DNA of 64,000 nucleotides from Candidatus Dormibacter sp. (GTDB taxonomy: Bacteria > Chloroflexota > Dormibacteria > CF-121), in NCBI GenBank assembly GCA_039922495.1, contig JBDTEO010000024.1:30459-94458 (forward strand), in the 5' to 3' direction. Position 1 is the stretch's first letter. Each line of letters begins with the position of its first letter. Below the pieces are notes generated by a model. That model had not been told where the DNA came from. It made no database searches and worked only from the letters and a program-made list of their open reading frames with translations. A program made the position numbers and the translations under genes. This document shows positions 27,063 through 35,842 of this stretch, one piece after another.

Positions 27063-28280
27063 TCAGGTTGATTCCCCCCGCAGGCTGTCCAGATCGTCGC
27101 GCCGCACATCCTTCTGATGCGGCCGAGGCGCCATGCCCCGCGCAATGACCCGGTCGCCGAAGCGCGCACGCAGCGTGTCCAGTTGCGCGTCCAGCCTGGC
27201 ACGGCTCGAGGGTCGTGTTTCGAGCAGGCTGAGCTGGGTCGCGCCCGCCTCGAGGTTGCTGACGCCGGCGCCGATCAGGCGAACCGCGCGGCTGCGGTCC
27301 ACCTGCGTGTCGAGCAGCTCGGTCAGGGCCCTCGATAGATCGTCATCGCGGTCGGAGGCGGTGGCCAGGGTCGCCTGCCGCGATTGGGTGTCGAAGGGTT
27401 GATATCGAATCTTCAGAACCACCGTCCGCGCCGCGAGTCGATGCGCCCGCAGGCTCTGCGAGACGTCCTGGAGCAGGCCCAGCGCCATCGCCCGGAGCCG
27501 GACCGGATCCCGAAGATCGCGATCGAAGGTGACCTCGCGCGAGATGCTCTTGGGCTCGCCCGGCGGCAGCACCGGGCTGGGGTCGATGCCGCGCGCGTGG
27601 GCACCGAGCTGCCGTCCGTACCGCCCGAAGAGCTCGCCGAGCAGGGGGTCTGGGAGCGCCGCCAGCTCGCCGATCGTCCGGACGCCTACGCGGGCCAGCC
27701 TGGTGACGGTGGCGGGGCCACAGCCGGGCAGCTTCTGCAGCGGTAGCGTGGCCAGGAAGGTCGCCTCCTCTCCCGCCGGCACGACCACCAGCCCGCGCGG
27801 TTTGCGCAGGTCAGAGGCGACCTTCGCCACCAGCTTGCAGCTCGCCACGCCGATGCTGATGTCGAGGCCGCAGCCGCGCTTGACCTCATCGCGAAGGCGT
27901 TGGGCGACCGCTGAGGGCGGACCCATCAGCGCCTCCTGGCCGGTCAGGTCGAGGTAGGCCTCGTCGAGCGCCAGCGGTTCGATCACCGGGGCGTAGTGAT
28001 CCAGGACGCCGAAGACAGCCCGCGAGGCCTCGCGGTAGGCGGGGAAATCACACGGGACGAACGTCGCGGTTGGACACAAGCGGCGTGCGCGGCTGAGCGG
28101 CATCGCGGAACGCACGCCAAAGGGTCGCACCTCATAGGACGCTGCCGCCACCACGCCGCGCTCCCCCGGCTCGCCGGTGCCACCGACGACCACCGGCTTG
28201 CCGCGCAATTCGGGACGGCGCAGCTGCTCGACCGAGGCATAGAACGCGTCCAGATCCACGTGCATCACGACTCGCGTCAT
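27063..28280 (-). CDS. dinB: DNA polymerase IV (DinB, Y-family)
   Basis: [20 protein letters not shown]...PVVVGG...[16 protein letters not shown]-family signature. The track ORF has an N-terminal over-extension to 28457. Confidence 0.9.
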   Translation of the reverse strand: MTRVVMHVDLDAFYASVEQLRRPELRGKPVVVGGTGEPGERGVVAAASYEVRPFGVRSAMPLSRARRLCPTATFVPCDFPAYREASRAVFGVLDHYAPVIEPLALDEAYLDLTGQEALMGPPSAVAQRLRDEVKRGCGLDISIGVASCKLVAKVASDLRKPRGLVVVPAGEEATFLATLPLQKLPGCGPATVTRLARVGVRTIGELAALPDPLLGELFGRYGRQLGAHARGIDPSPVLPPGEPKSISREVTFDRDLRDPVRLRAMALGLLQDVSQSLRAHRLAARTVVLKIRYQPFDTQSRQATLATASDRDDDLSRALTELLDTQVDRSRAVRLIGAGVSNLEAGATQLSLLETRPSSRARLDAQLDTLRARFGDRVIARGMAPRPHQKDVRRDDLDSLRGEST

Positions 28281-28543
28281 GTGGCAATCTTCGCACCTCC
28301 TGGCGCGGATCTGGCAGCATGGGGCGTCGTCAGTCTGCGCGCCGTCCACGGCGTAACAAGCGCGTAACGCCCTGGTGAATCGCGTGTTACGCGCGTGACA
28401 CGGCGATATGATGCCTCCGCTGGCTAGGCCCGCCGGCGCTCCTGAGTCGCGTCCCATCGAACCGATCCACTCCCAACCCCTCCTTCCGGCGGGCCCGCTT
28501 CACTTTCACGCAAGGACCCTTTCTGGGCCACGTTGCGGGACAA

Positions 28544-29302
28544 ATGGGACGCATCATCACCGTGGTGGTCGGCATCGCGTCCTGCCTCGTGCTCTGGCAA
28601 AGTGGCGCGCTGAGCTCGCTGCTGCCACCGCAATCCGCGGTCGCACCGATTGACCCCGGTCCCGTCATCGGCCGCAGCGGTGACGCCATGCGCACCCTCA
28701 AGAGCCTTCATGTGACCATCCGCGGCACGTTGCTGCTGAACGGCCTTGCCGGGATCCAGCTCACCGGGTCAGGAGATTTTACCTATCCCCACGACGAAAC
28801 CCTGTCGCTCCAGCTGTCGGTTCCGTCCTCGCAGGCCGGCCAACCGGACGCGGTCGTCGCCGTCAACGAGCGGATCGAGAACGGCCGCGAGTTCGTCCAG
28901 CTGCCGGCCCAGGGTACGGCCTGGAAGGACGTGACCAACGACCAGAAGGGGCAATTGATCCCGGGCATGGACCCGATCAGCAACCTCGACTTTGCTCACG
29001 CCTTCCGTGCCTCCGACGATCTGGGCGACATCACCATGGATAACATCACCGTCCACCACTTCTCCTTGAACGTCGATCCGGGCAAGTATGTCGAGGAGTT
29101 GAAGAGCGAGCCGCAGGGCGGGCTGACGCCGGAGGCCGAGGCGATGCTAACCGCAGCCGGGATCCAGGTCGAGCTGTGGATCTCGCCGTCGGACGCCTAT
29201 ATTCACCAGATGAAGGTCACCATGACCACGGCGCAGTTCAGCTGGAACCTGACCTACCAGTACTCGCGCTTCGTCAGCGGCGGTGGCGCCACCGGCGTCT
29301 AA
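28544..29302 (+). CDS. Lipoprotein, LppX/LprAFG-like (paralog of 49385..50071)
   Basis: Signal peptide plus lipobox IASC. About 250 aa. Shares blocks with the second lipoprotein (LKSLHVTIRGT vs LKGFHFRMQISG; ELWISPSDAYIHQMKVTMT vs TYHATYWVDSSAKTLWRAQLT). Confidence 0.55.
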   Translation: MGRIITVVVGIASCLVLWQSGALSSLLPPQSAVAPIDPGPVIGRSGDAMRTLKSLHVTIRGTLLLNGLAGIQLTGSGDFTYPHDETLSLQLSVPSSQAGQPDAVVAVNERIENGREFVQLPAQGTAWKDVTNDQKGQLIPGMDPISNLDFAHAFRASDDLGDITMDNITVHHFSLNVDPGKYVEELKSEPQGGLTPEAEAMLTAAGIQVELWISPSDAYIHQMKVTMTTAQFSWNLTYQYSRFVSGGGATGV

Positions 29303-29586
29303 ACGCCGACCTTCTCGCGCTCGCGCTGCCGGTCTTTCTCGGGCGGGTGGTTCGCGTACTCCCGGAGATCCTCCTCCTTCAGGTGCCCGGCGGCCATCAG
29401 CAACTCGATGTAGGTGACGCCCAGGTGGGGCGCGGCCCGCCGGAGAACCCAGGGCGGCGGATTCTCCTTGTTCTTGTTGACCGCCTGGTAAAAGTAGATC
29501 TGGTTCAGGTCGCAGCGGACCGCGAGCCGATGCAAGGAAATGTTCTGCTCGCGACATTTGCGCTTCAGATACTCGCGGAAGTCCAC
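29299..29586 (-). CDS. Small XRE-like helix-turn-helix DNA-binding protein
   Basis: 95 aa. HTH-like segment QNISLHRLAVRCDLNQIYFYQAV. Overlaps the lipoprotein stop by 4 nt. Confidence 0.5.
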   Translation of the reverse strand: MDFREYLKRKCREQNISLHRLAVRCDLNQIYFYQAVNKNKENPPPWVLRRAAPHLGVTYIELLMAAGHLKEEDLREYANHPPEKDRQREREKVGV

Positions 29587-29616
29587 CCGGCCCCTACCTC
29601 CTGCCCAGACGGCGAC

Positions 29617-30414
29617 CTATTCGGGCGACGTGACCTCATTATAGGTACCAACCGGGGGTGATTTGGGCAGGAGGGATCCGACGATCGCCGGCAGCTCCCT
29701 GAGCCGCTCGATGACGAAGTCGGCGACCCCAAGATCCTCCTCCTGGCGCCACTCGCGGAGCAGGACGGCCCGCATCCCGAGCGCCTTCGGACCCTGGACG
29801 TCCTCTTTCACCCGGTCGCCGACAAAGAGCGTTTCCGCGGCGTCGACGCCGAGTTGTCGCAGCGCATCCCGGTAGATGCGGGGGTCCGGCTTGCGGATGC
29901 CGACGGCGGAGGAGAAGGTGAGCGCCATGAAGTAGGGCGCGAGCTGAAGGGCGGACACCTGCCGCCGCATCAGGTTGGGGCGGTAGGCGGCGTTCGAGAC
30001 GATGCCCAGGCGAAGCCCGGCCTGGCGCAGCCACTCCAGGGTCGAGACGACGTCCGGGCCGGGGTGGACGCTGTTCAACCAGCCATCCTGCTCGATCTCC
30101 ATCACGCGCTCGATGACCTCCGGCTGCAGCTCGAGTCCGAGGGCCCGCAGGGCACGGTCGTAAATTTCGGCGATCTCGACTTCCTCCGGGTGCCCCAGCG
30201 CGTAATCCTGCTGGATCGCATCATCGACCACCTTCGAGACCCGCTCGATCAAGACCTCGGCGCGTGGGATCTCGGCCGAGATGGTCTCCGCGAGCAGCCG
30301 GTTGACCTGTTGGTAGGCGGAGATCAGCGCTGAATGTGGCCGCTCGTCGAAATGGATCAGGGTGTGGCCGTAGTCGAAGAGCACCGCCTTCAGCGGGGGC
30401 GCCCAGTCGCTCAC
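29617..30414 (-). CDS. HAD-superfamily hydrolase
   Basis: Motif I VLFDYGHTL, motif III K, motif IV FVGDRVKEDV. GTG start overlapping the nfo stop (GTGA). Confidence 0.8.
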   Translation of the reverse strand: MSDWAPPLKAVLFDYGHTLIHFDERPHSALISAYQQVNRLLAETISAEIPRAEVLIERVSKVVDDAIQQDYALGHPEEVEIAEIYDRALRALGLELQPEVIERVMEIEQDGWLNSVHPGPDVVSTLEWLRQAGLRLGIVSNAAYRPNLMRRQVSALQLAPYFMALTFSSAVGIRKPDPRIYRDALRQLGVDAAETLFVGDRVKEDVQGPKALGMRAVLLREWRQEEDLGVADFVIERLRELPAIVGSLLPKSPPVGTYNEVTSPE

Positions 30415-31265
30415 GCCAGCGAGCGCAGCGTGGTCAGATTCTCGAGGCCTTCCAGCATCTCGTCGCCCGGCGTCTCGAGCACGAAGGCGCAATGCGCAAA
30501 CGGTTCGTAGGTCAACAAGGCGCGAAACCCCTCGATCCCGACGTTCCCCCGGCCGATCTGGGCATGGCGGTCCGCCTTGCCCCCCAGCGTCACGGTGGTG
30601 TCGTTGCAGTGACAGGCGCGCACCCGCGGCGCGGGGATGATGGCGGTCAGCGCTTCCAGGGTTTTGGTCATCCCCGCCGCGCCGGCGACGTCATAGCCGG
30701 AGGCATAGACATGGGCGGTATCAACGCAGATGCCGAGCCGCTCCGCATGCTGGGGAAGCCGCCCGAGGATCTGGGCGAGGTCTTCGAAACTGGCCCCGAC
30801 ATAGGCGCCGCCGCCCGAGGAGGTCTCCAGCAGGCAGACCGTGGGGCTCGAGGCGGTCGCGGTCAGCACCTCGTCCAGAGCCGCCACGACACGGTCGATG
30901 CCGGCCTGCGCCCCGTCGCCCATGTGACTGCCGACGTGGGTCACCACGTAGGCGCAACCATAGGATTCGGCGCGCACGAGCTCCGCCGCCAACGCCGTGC
31001 GCGACTTCTTTTGAAAGTTCGGATTCGGTCCCGCCAGGTTGATCAGGTACATCGCGTGCGTCAGGGCCGGCCGCACGTCGAGCTCCTGGAGTGACCGCTT
31101 GAACGCCGCCGTCGCCTTCGGATCGACCGCTGCCGAGCGCCAGGCGCTGGGGTTGTCGGTGAAGATCTGCACCGATTTCAGCTCGAGGGCGCGAATCATC
31201 TCGACGGCCTTCTCGAGACCGCGACCGGTCCGCATGTGCATCCCGATGCGCCGCCCCGTTGCCAC
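30411..31265 (-). CDS. nfo: Endonuclease IV (Nfo, AP endonuclease family 2)
   Basis: TIM-barrel Nfo motifs (VTHVGSH; ICVDTAHVYASGYD; CHCNDT). Confidence 0.9.
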   Translation of the reverse strand: MATGRRIGMHMRTGRGLEKAVEMIRALELKSVQIFTDNPSAWRSAAVDPKATAAFKRSLQELDVRPALTHAMYLINLAGPNPNFQKKSRTALAAELVRAESYGCAYVVTHVGSHMGDGAQAGIDRVVAALDEVLTATASSPTVCLLETSSGGGAYVGASFEDLAQILGRLPQHAERLGICVDTAHVYASGYDVAGAAGMTKTLEALTAIIPAPRVRACHCNDTTVTLGGKADRHAQIGRGNVGIEGFRALLTYEPFAHCAFVLETPGDEMLEGLENLTTLRSLA

Positions 31266-31299
31266 AAAAAATCATTCTAGGAGCCCGTAAACTTGACGT

Positions 31300-31881
31300 A
31301 TGTTTGACCTGCGGGCCTTCTCCGTCGGGCCGTACGACAACAACGTCTACATCCTGAGTGACCCCCGGATCCGCGAGGCGCTCCTCATCGATGCGGCGAA
31401 CGATGCGCCGCGCATCATCCGGGAGCTGAACGGCCTTGCCATCAGTCACATCCTGACCACGCACGGCCATGCCGACCATGTCCAGGCGGTCGAGCGCGTC
31501 AGGCGTGACACCTCGGCGCGCTTCACCTGTCACGCGGCCGATGGGCCGCTGATGCCGATCCCGCCGGATGTCGAGGCGCGGGACGGCGATCGCTTTCGCT
31601 TTGGCGATTACGAAGTCCGGACGCTCCATACGCCCGGCCACACGCCGGGCAGCCTGTGTTTTTTGATCGAGGATCACCTGTTCACGGGCGACACCCTGTT
31701 TCCTGGCGGTCCTGGCAACACCCAGGGGTCGGGAGCCAGTTTCCGAACGATCATCGAGAGCCTCCAAACCCGGCTCTTGGTGCTGCCGGACGACACACGC
31801 GTGCTTCCCGGCCACGGCAAGCCCACTACGGTCGGCGCCGAGCGGCCCCAGCTGGACGCGTGGATCGAGCGCGGCTGGTGA
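31300..31881 (+). CDS. MBL-fold metallo-hydrolase (glyoxalase II-like)
   Basis: THGHADH motif. 193 aa. Confidence 0.8.
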   Translation: MFDLRAFSVGPYDNNVYILSDPRIREALLIDAANDAPRIIRELNGLAISHILTTHGHADHVQAVERVRRDTSARFTCHAADGPLMPIPPDVEARDGDRFRFGDYEVRTLHTPGHTPGSLCFLIEDHLFTGDTLFPGGPGNTQGSGASFRTIIESLQTRLLVLPDDTRVLPGHGKPTTVGAERPQLDAWIERGW

Positions 31882-34139
31882 CCCCGCTCGCGCAACCGGC
31901 GCGGCCGGCGACCGACTTTGTCCCGCGCGATCCGGTCGCCATCAGGCGGGTGCGGTCCGTGCGCCGCTCGGGTTCGGCGGTTCGGGTCCAGGCGGAGGAC
32001 GATCGTGGCGGCTCGGTCGCGATCGAGATTCGGGTGATCTCGGAGCGGATCTGGCGCGTCCATATCGGCGCCGGGTCGCAGCGGCCGTCACGGCTCGTTG
32101 ACGAGATGCCAATGGCCGAGGCCACACTCGAGGAGCGGCCGGAGGGTTGGTCCGTCAGCAGCGGTGCCGCCACGCTGGAGATCGACCGAGAGCCCTACCG
32201 GCTCCGCCTGAAAGACGGATCGGGGCGCGAGCGGTTTGTCGAGGAGCCGCATGACCGGGATATCCGTGGCAACTACCATCACCCGCCGTCGGGCGCGTCG
32301 CGAGGGCTTCGCTGGCTGACGGCGAGCCTGCGAATCGATGAGGCGCTCTTCGGCCTCGGCGAGCATTTCGGCGCGCTCGACCGGCGCGGGCAGGCGTTCG
32401 CGTCCTGGACCGTCGACGCCTTCGGGGTGCGCAGCGATCGGGCCTACAAGAACGTGCCCCTGCTCCTGAGCACCCAAGGGTATGCGGTCTTCTTCGACAT
32501 GACGGCGCCGCTGTATTACGACCTGGGACAGACCTCCGTCGCCGCCTGGCAGGTCACCGCCCGGGCCAACCACCTCCGCGCCTATCTGATCCTCGGTGAC
32601 GACGTCCCCGGCCTGATGGCCGGCTATCACGCGCTCACCGGCGCCCCCGCGGTCCCGCCCGCGTGGTCGTTCGGGCTCTGGATGAGCCGCTGGGGGTATC
32701 GCACCCGGGAGGAGGTGATGACCGTGGCCCGGCGGCTGCGCGAGGAGCGCGTGCCTTGCGACGTGATCCACATCGACCCGTACTGGATGCGGTACCACGA
32801 AGGGCATCACGGCGACTTCACCTGGGACGAGGTCGCCTTTCCCGATCCGCCCGGCATGATCGCGGAACTGAAGGCGATGGGCTTTCGCCTCAGCCTCTGG
32901 GAAAGTCCCTACGTGCCGTTGGACTCGGCGATGTACGAGGAGGGACATCGAGCCGGCTTTCTCCTCGTCGACCGCCAGGGCACACCAGCGCTGGTCCACG
33001 GATTCGCGAAGCCGAGCGCGGCGGTCGACTTCACCAACCCGGCGGCGGTCGACTGGTTCAAGCAAAAAAATCGGGCGCTGCTGCAGAGTGGTGTGGCCGT
33101 GATGAAGACGGATTTCGCCGAGGACATGCCCGCCGATGCAGTGGCCCACGACGGCACGCCGGCGGAGGAGCTGCACAATCTCTACCCCCTGCTGTACCAG
33201 CGTGCCGTCTTCGAGGTCACTGAGGAGGTGCACGGGTACGGGATCGTGTGGGGCCGGTCGGGGTACGCCGGATCGCAACGGTACCCGGTGCAGTGGGGTG
33301 GCGATCCGGGCTGCACCTTTACGGACATGGCGGCCAGCCTCCGGGGAGCGTTGAGCTGGATCCTGTCGGGGCTGGCGTTCAGCAGTTTTGACATGGGCGG
33401 GTTCTTCGGCATTCCAACCCTGACCGATCCCCCGAGCCCGGAACTCTACGTGCGCTGGTCACAGATGGGGTTGCTCTTCTCACACGCCCGCGCCCATGGC
33501 CATACCGCGCCGCGCGAGCCGTGGGCCTACGGCGAGCCGGCGCTCACGATCTTCCGCCGTTATGCGCAGCTGCGCTACCAGCTCCTTCCCTACCTGGTTG
33601 GTGCGGCGCGGCGGGCACCCGTGGGACCGCCGCTGGCGCGTCCGCTGCTCTATGACTATTTCAGCGACCGGACCACGCACCACGTCGACGATCAGTACCT
33701 GCTCGGCCCGGACTTGCTGGTGGCGCCGATGTTCAAGCCCCGCGGCGCGCGTGACGTCTACCTGCCGGCGGGCAGCTGGTACGACTTCTGGACGGACGGC
33801 CGGCTCGAGGGCGGTCGCTGGCATCGGGTCGAGGCCGAGCTGGAAACCCTGCCGCTCTACGTCAAAGGCGGTGCCGTGCTGCCGATGGGGCCGCCGCTCC
33901 AATACTCCGAAGAACATCCCTGGGAGCCGCTCGCTTTCCACCTTTACCCCGGCGGCGACCCTGTCCGGGAGTTCGAGACCCAGGCCGGCCCGGAACGCCG
34001 GTCGTTCCGCCTGACCCAGGAGGGCGGACGGATCCTCCTGGAAAGCGCCCAGCCCGGCGCCGAGGCGGCCATCGTCCATCTGCCCGGCGGGCCGATCGAG
34101 GGACGGCTGGGCCGGCCGATCAGCCTGCCTTCGGCCTGA
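31878..34139 (+). CDS. Glycoside hydrolase family 31 (alpha-glucosidase/alpha-xylosidase-like)
   Basis: GH31 catalytic region (WMSRWGY...DVIHIDPYWM...VAVMKTDFAED). GTG start overlapping the upstream stop. Track ORF 31656 is over-extended. Confidence 0.85.
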   Translation: MTPLAQPARPATDFVPRDPVAIRRVRSVRRSGSAVRVQAEDDRGGSVAIEIRVISERIWRVHIGAGSQRPSRLVDEMPMAEATLEERPEGWSVSSGAATLEIDREPYRLRLKDGSGRERFVEEPHDRDIRGNYHHPPSGASRGLRWLTASLRIDEALFGLGEHFGALDRRGQAFASWTVDAFGVRSDRAYKNVPLLLSTQGYAVFFDMTAPLYYDLGQTSVAAWQVTARANHLRAYLILGDDVPGLMAGYHALTGAPAVPPAWSFGLWMSRWGYRTREEVMTVARRLREERVPCDVIHIDPYWMRYHEGHHGDFTWDEVAFPDPPGMIAELKAMGFRLSLWESPYVPLDSAMYEEGHRAGFLLVDRQGTPALVHGFAKPSAAVDFTNPAAVDWFKQKNRALLQSGVAVMKTDFAEDMPADAVAHDGTPAEELHNLYPLLYQRAVFEVTEEVHGYGIVWGRSGYAGSQRYPVQWGGDPGCTFTDMAASLRGALSWILSGLAFSSFDMGGFFGIPTLTDPPSPELYVRWSQMGLLFSHARAHGHTAPREPWAYGEPALTIFRRYAQLRYQLLPYLVGAARRAPVGPPLARPLLYDYFSDRTTHHVDDQYLLGPDLLVAPMFKPRGARDVYLPAGSWYDFWTDGRLEGGRWHRVEAELETLPLYVKGGAVLPMGPPLQYSEEHPWEPLAFHLYPGGDPVREFETQAGPERRSFRLTQEGGRILLESAQPGAEAAIVHLPGGPIEGRLGRPISLPSA

Positions 34140-34650
34140 CGAACACCTCCGAGGCGACCACAATCCGCTCCGTCCGGCTGTTGGGGATATGGATGCGGAC
34201 CCCGGGATGCGCGGTCGTGCCGAACTCCCAGCCGTCGAGGTAGCAGGCTCGAATCTCCGCGATCGTCGTGGCGGCAAGGGTGCTGCTGCCGTTCGTCATC
34301 CAGACCGTGGGGTTCCGAGCGGTCGCGTACCCGAGCCCCACCTCGGTCCCGCTGTCACGGAAAAACTGCAGCTCGCCGAGCGAGGCACCGGGGTCGAGCA
34401 GGTCGTTGAGACTCTCGGCGATCTGCTGCAGCGTTGCCATCCGGCCCTCGGCCACCGTGGTTCGCACCTGCATCCGCGTCTTCAGATGTCGGCTGCGGTC
34501 GCGTTTCTTTACCTCGCTGGCAACCTGTTGGACCTGTGCCCGCAGGCGTGCCAGTGCGGATTCGAGCGGGACCATCTCGGCCATGATCGCGCGCAATCGC
34601 TGCTCCAGCTCGCCATCGCTTGCCTGGTCGAGGGGGCCTGGATCCGCCAT
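34120..34650 (-). CDS. Hypothetical protein with N-terminal coiled coil
   Basis: 176 aa. Divergent from the tdk-like gene. No family recognised. Confidence 0.45.
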   Translation of the reverse strand: MADPGPLDQASDGELEQRLRAIMAEMVPLESALARLRAQVQQVASEVKKRDRSRHLKTRMQVRTTVAEGRMATLQQIAESLNDLLDPGASLGELQFFRDSGTEVGLGYATARNPTVWMTNGSSTLAATTIAEIRACYLDGWEFGTTAHPGVRIHIPNSRTERIVVASEVFVRPKAG

Positions 34651-34675
34651 TGCCCATAATTATTCCGTGATCCAC

Positions 34676-35842
34676 ATGAAATACCGTGAGGACCGGGAAC
34701 GGCGCCACCTCGGGTCGCTCACGGTCTATGCCGGGCCGACCCACTCGGGCAAGACAAAAAAGCTCGAGGGCGAGGCCGAGCGCGCGGAGCGGCAGGGTCG
34801 CCGAATGCAGCGCCTGGCGTCAGCCCCGCACGCGGACCGGCTGCTGGACGACCTTAAGGGGCAGACCGAGCTGGTCTTGATCGACGATGGCCAGCGTTAC
34901 GATAGCCGGTTGCTCGAGGTGACCGATGAACTGGCGACAGCGCATCGCGTGGATGTCGTCGTCGCCGGCTGGGAGCTCGATTACAGCAGCCAGCCTCAGG
35001 GTCCCATGCCGGCCTTGCTGTGCACCGCGGACCTGGCGGTCAAGCTCGATGATGGCGTCTGCGCCAAGCCGGGTTGTCGGAACCTTGCCAGCCGGACGCA
35101 GCGCTTTCTGGGCGCCGACGGTCGTGACGAGCGCTTTCTCCCGGTGTGCCGGCGGCATCACACCGCGTGGGCGCGCAGCGCCGATTTCCAGGAAGGTTGG
35201 TTCGAGGAACCGTCCGGGAGCCTGGACCTGATCAGCGGCTGCATGTTCAGCGGCAAGACGCAGGAGCTGATCAGGCGCTTGGACCAGGAGCGCTATGCCG
35301 GCGCGCCGATCCAGGCGTTCAAGCCGGCCCTCGACGATCGCTACGCCATCGAGGCGGTCGCCTCGCACCGGGCGGTCCGCTTCCCGGCGATCGCGGTCCC
35401 CGATACCGCGGCCATCGACGCGCAGCTCCGTCCGGACACCCGGGTGGTCGGCATCGACGAGGCCCAGTTCTTCGGCGAGGAGATCGTCCCGTTGGTCAAC
35501 CGCCTGGCCGACCGCGGCCTGCATGTCATCGTCGCGGGACTTGACCTGGACTTCCTCAACCGGCCATTCGGGCCGATGCCGCTGCTGGCGGCCCACGCCG
35601 ACCGGCTGACCAAGCTCCAGGCGTCGTGCCAGTACCCTAATTGCGGCTCGCATCACGCCAGTCGCACCCAGCGGTTGGTCGATGGGCGGCCCGCGCCGGC
35701 CGATGGGCCGCTGCTGGTCATCGGCGGGTCGTCGAGCTACGAGGCGCGGTGCCGGCACCATCACCGCCTGGGGGTCGCCGGGTCCGAGGAGCCAACGCCG
35801 ATCGGCGTGGTCGACGAACTGACCCTGGAGATCGAGGGCTAA
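34676..35842 (+). CDS. tdk: Tandem thymidine kinase fusion (degenerate N-terminal TK1-like domain plus canonical C-terminal TK1-like domain)
   Basis: C-terminal half carries full TK1 signatures: P-loop GCMFSGKT, KPALDDRY, IDEAQFF, VIVAGLDLDF..PFGPMPLL, zinc ribbon C..C...CRHHH. The N-terminal half is a clear paralog with changed catalytic block (GPTHSGKT, LIDDGQRY, VVVAGWELDY..QGPMPALL, C....C...CRRHH). Start set at ATG 34676. Confidence 0.85.
   Translation: MKYREDRERRHLGSLTVYAGPTHSGKTKKLEGEAERAERQGRRMQRLASAPHADRLLDDLKGQTELVLIDDGQRYDSRLLEVTDELATAHRVDVVVAGWELDYSSQPQGPMPALLCTADLAVKLDDGVCAKPGCRNLASRTQRFLGADGRDERFLPVCRRHHTAWARSADFQEGWFEEPSGSLDLISGCMFSGKTQELIRRLDQERYAGAPIQAFKPALDDRYAIEAVASHRAVRFPAIAVPDTAAIDAQLRPDTRVVGIDEAQFFGEEIVPLVNRLADRGLHVIVAGLDLDFLNRPFGPMPLLAAHADRLTKLQASCQYPNCGSHHASRTQRLVDGRPAPADGPLLVIGGSSSYEARCRHHHRLGVAGSEEPTPIGVVDELTLEIEG

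Noticed and set aside
25304-27202. 632-aa minus-strand ORF spanning DUF72 to moaC region
   Set aside because: Arg/Gly/Pro-rich artifact overlapping three real genes (25373..26584 plus strand, moaC).
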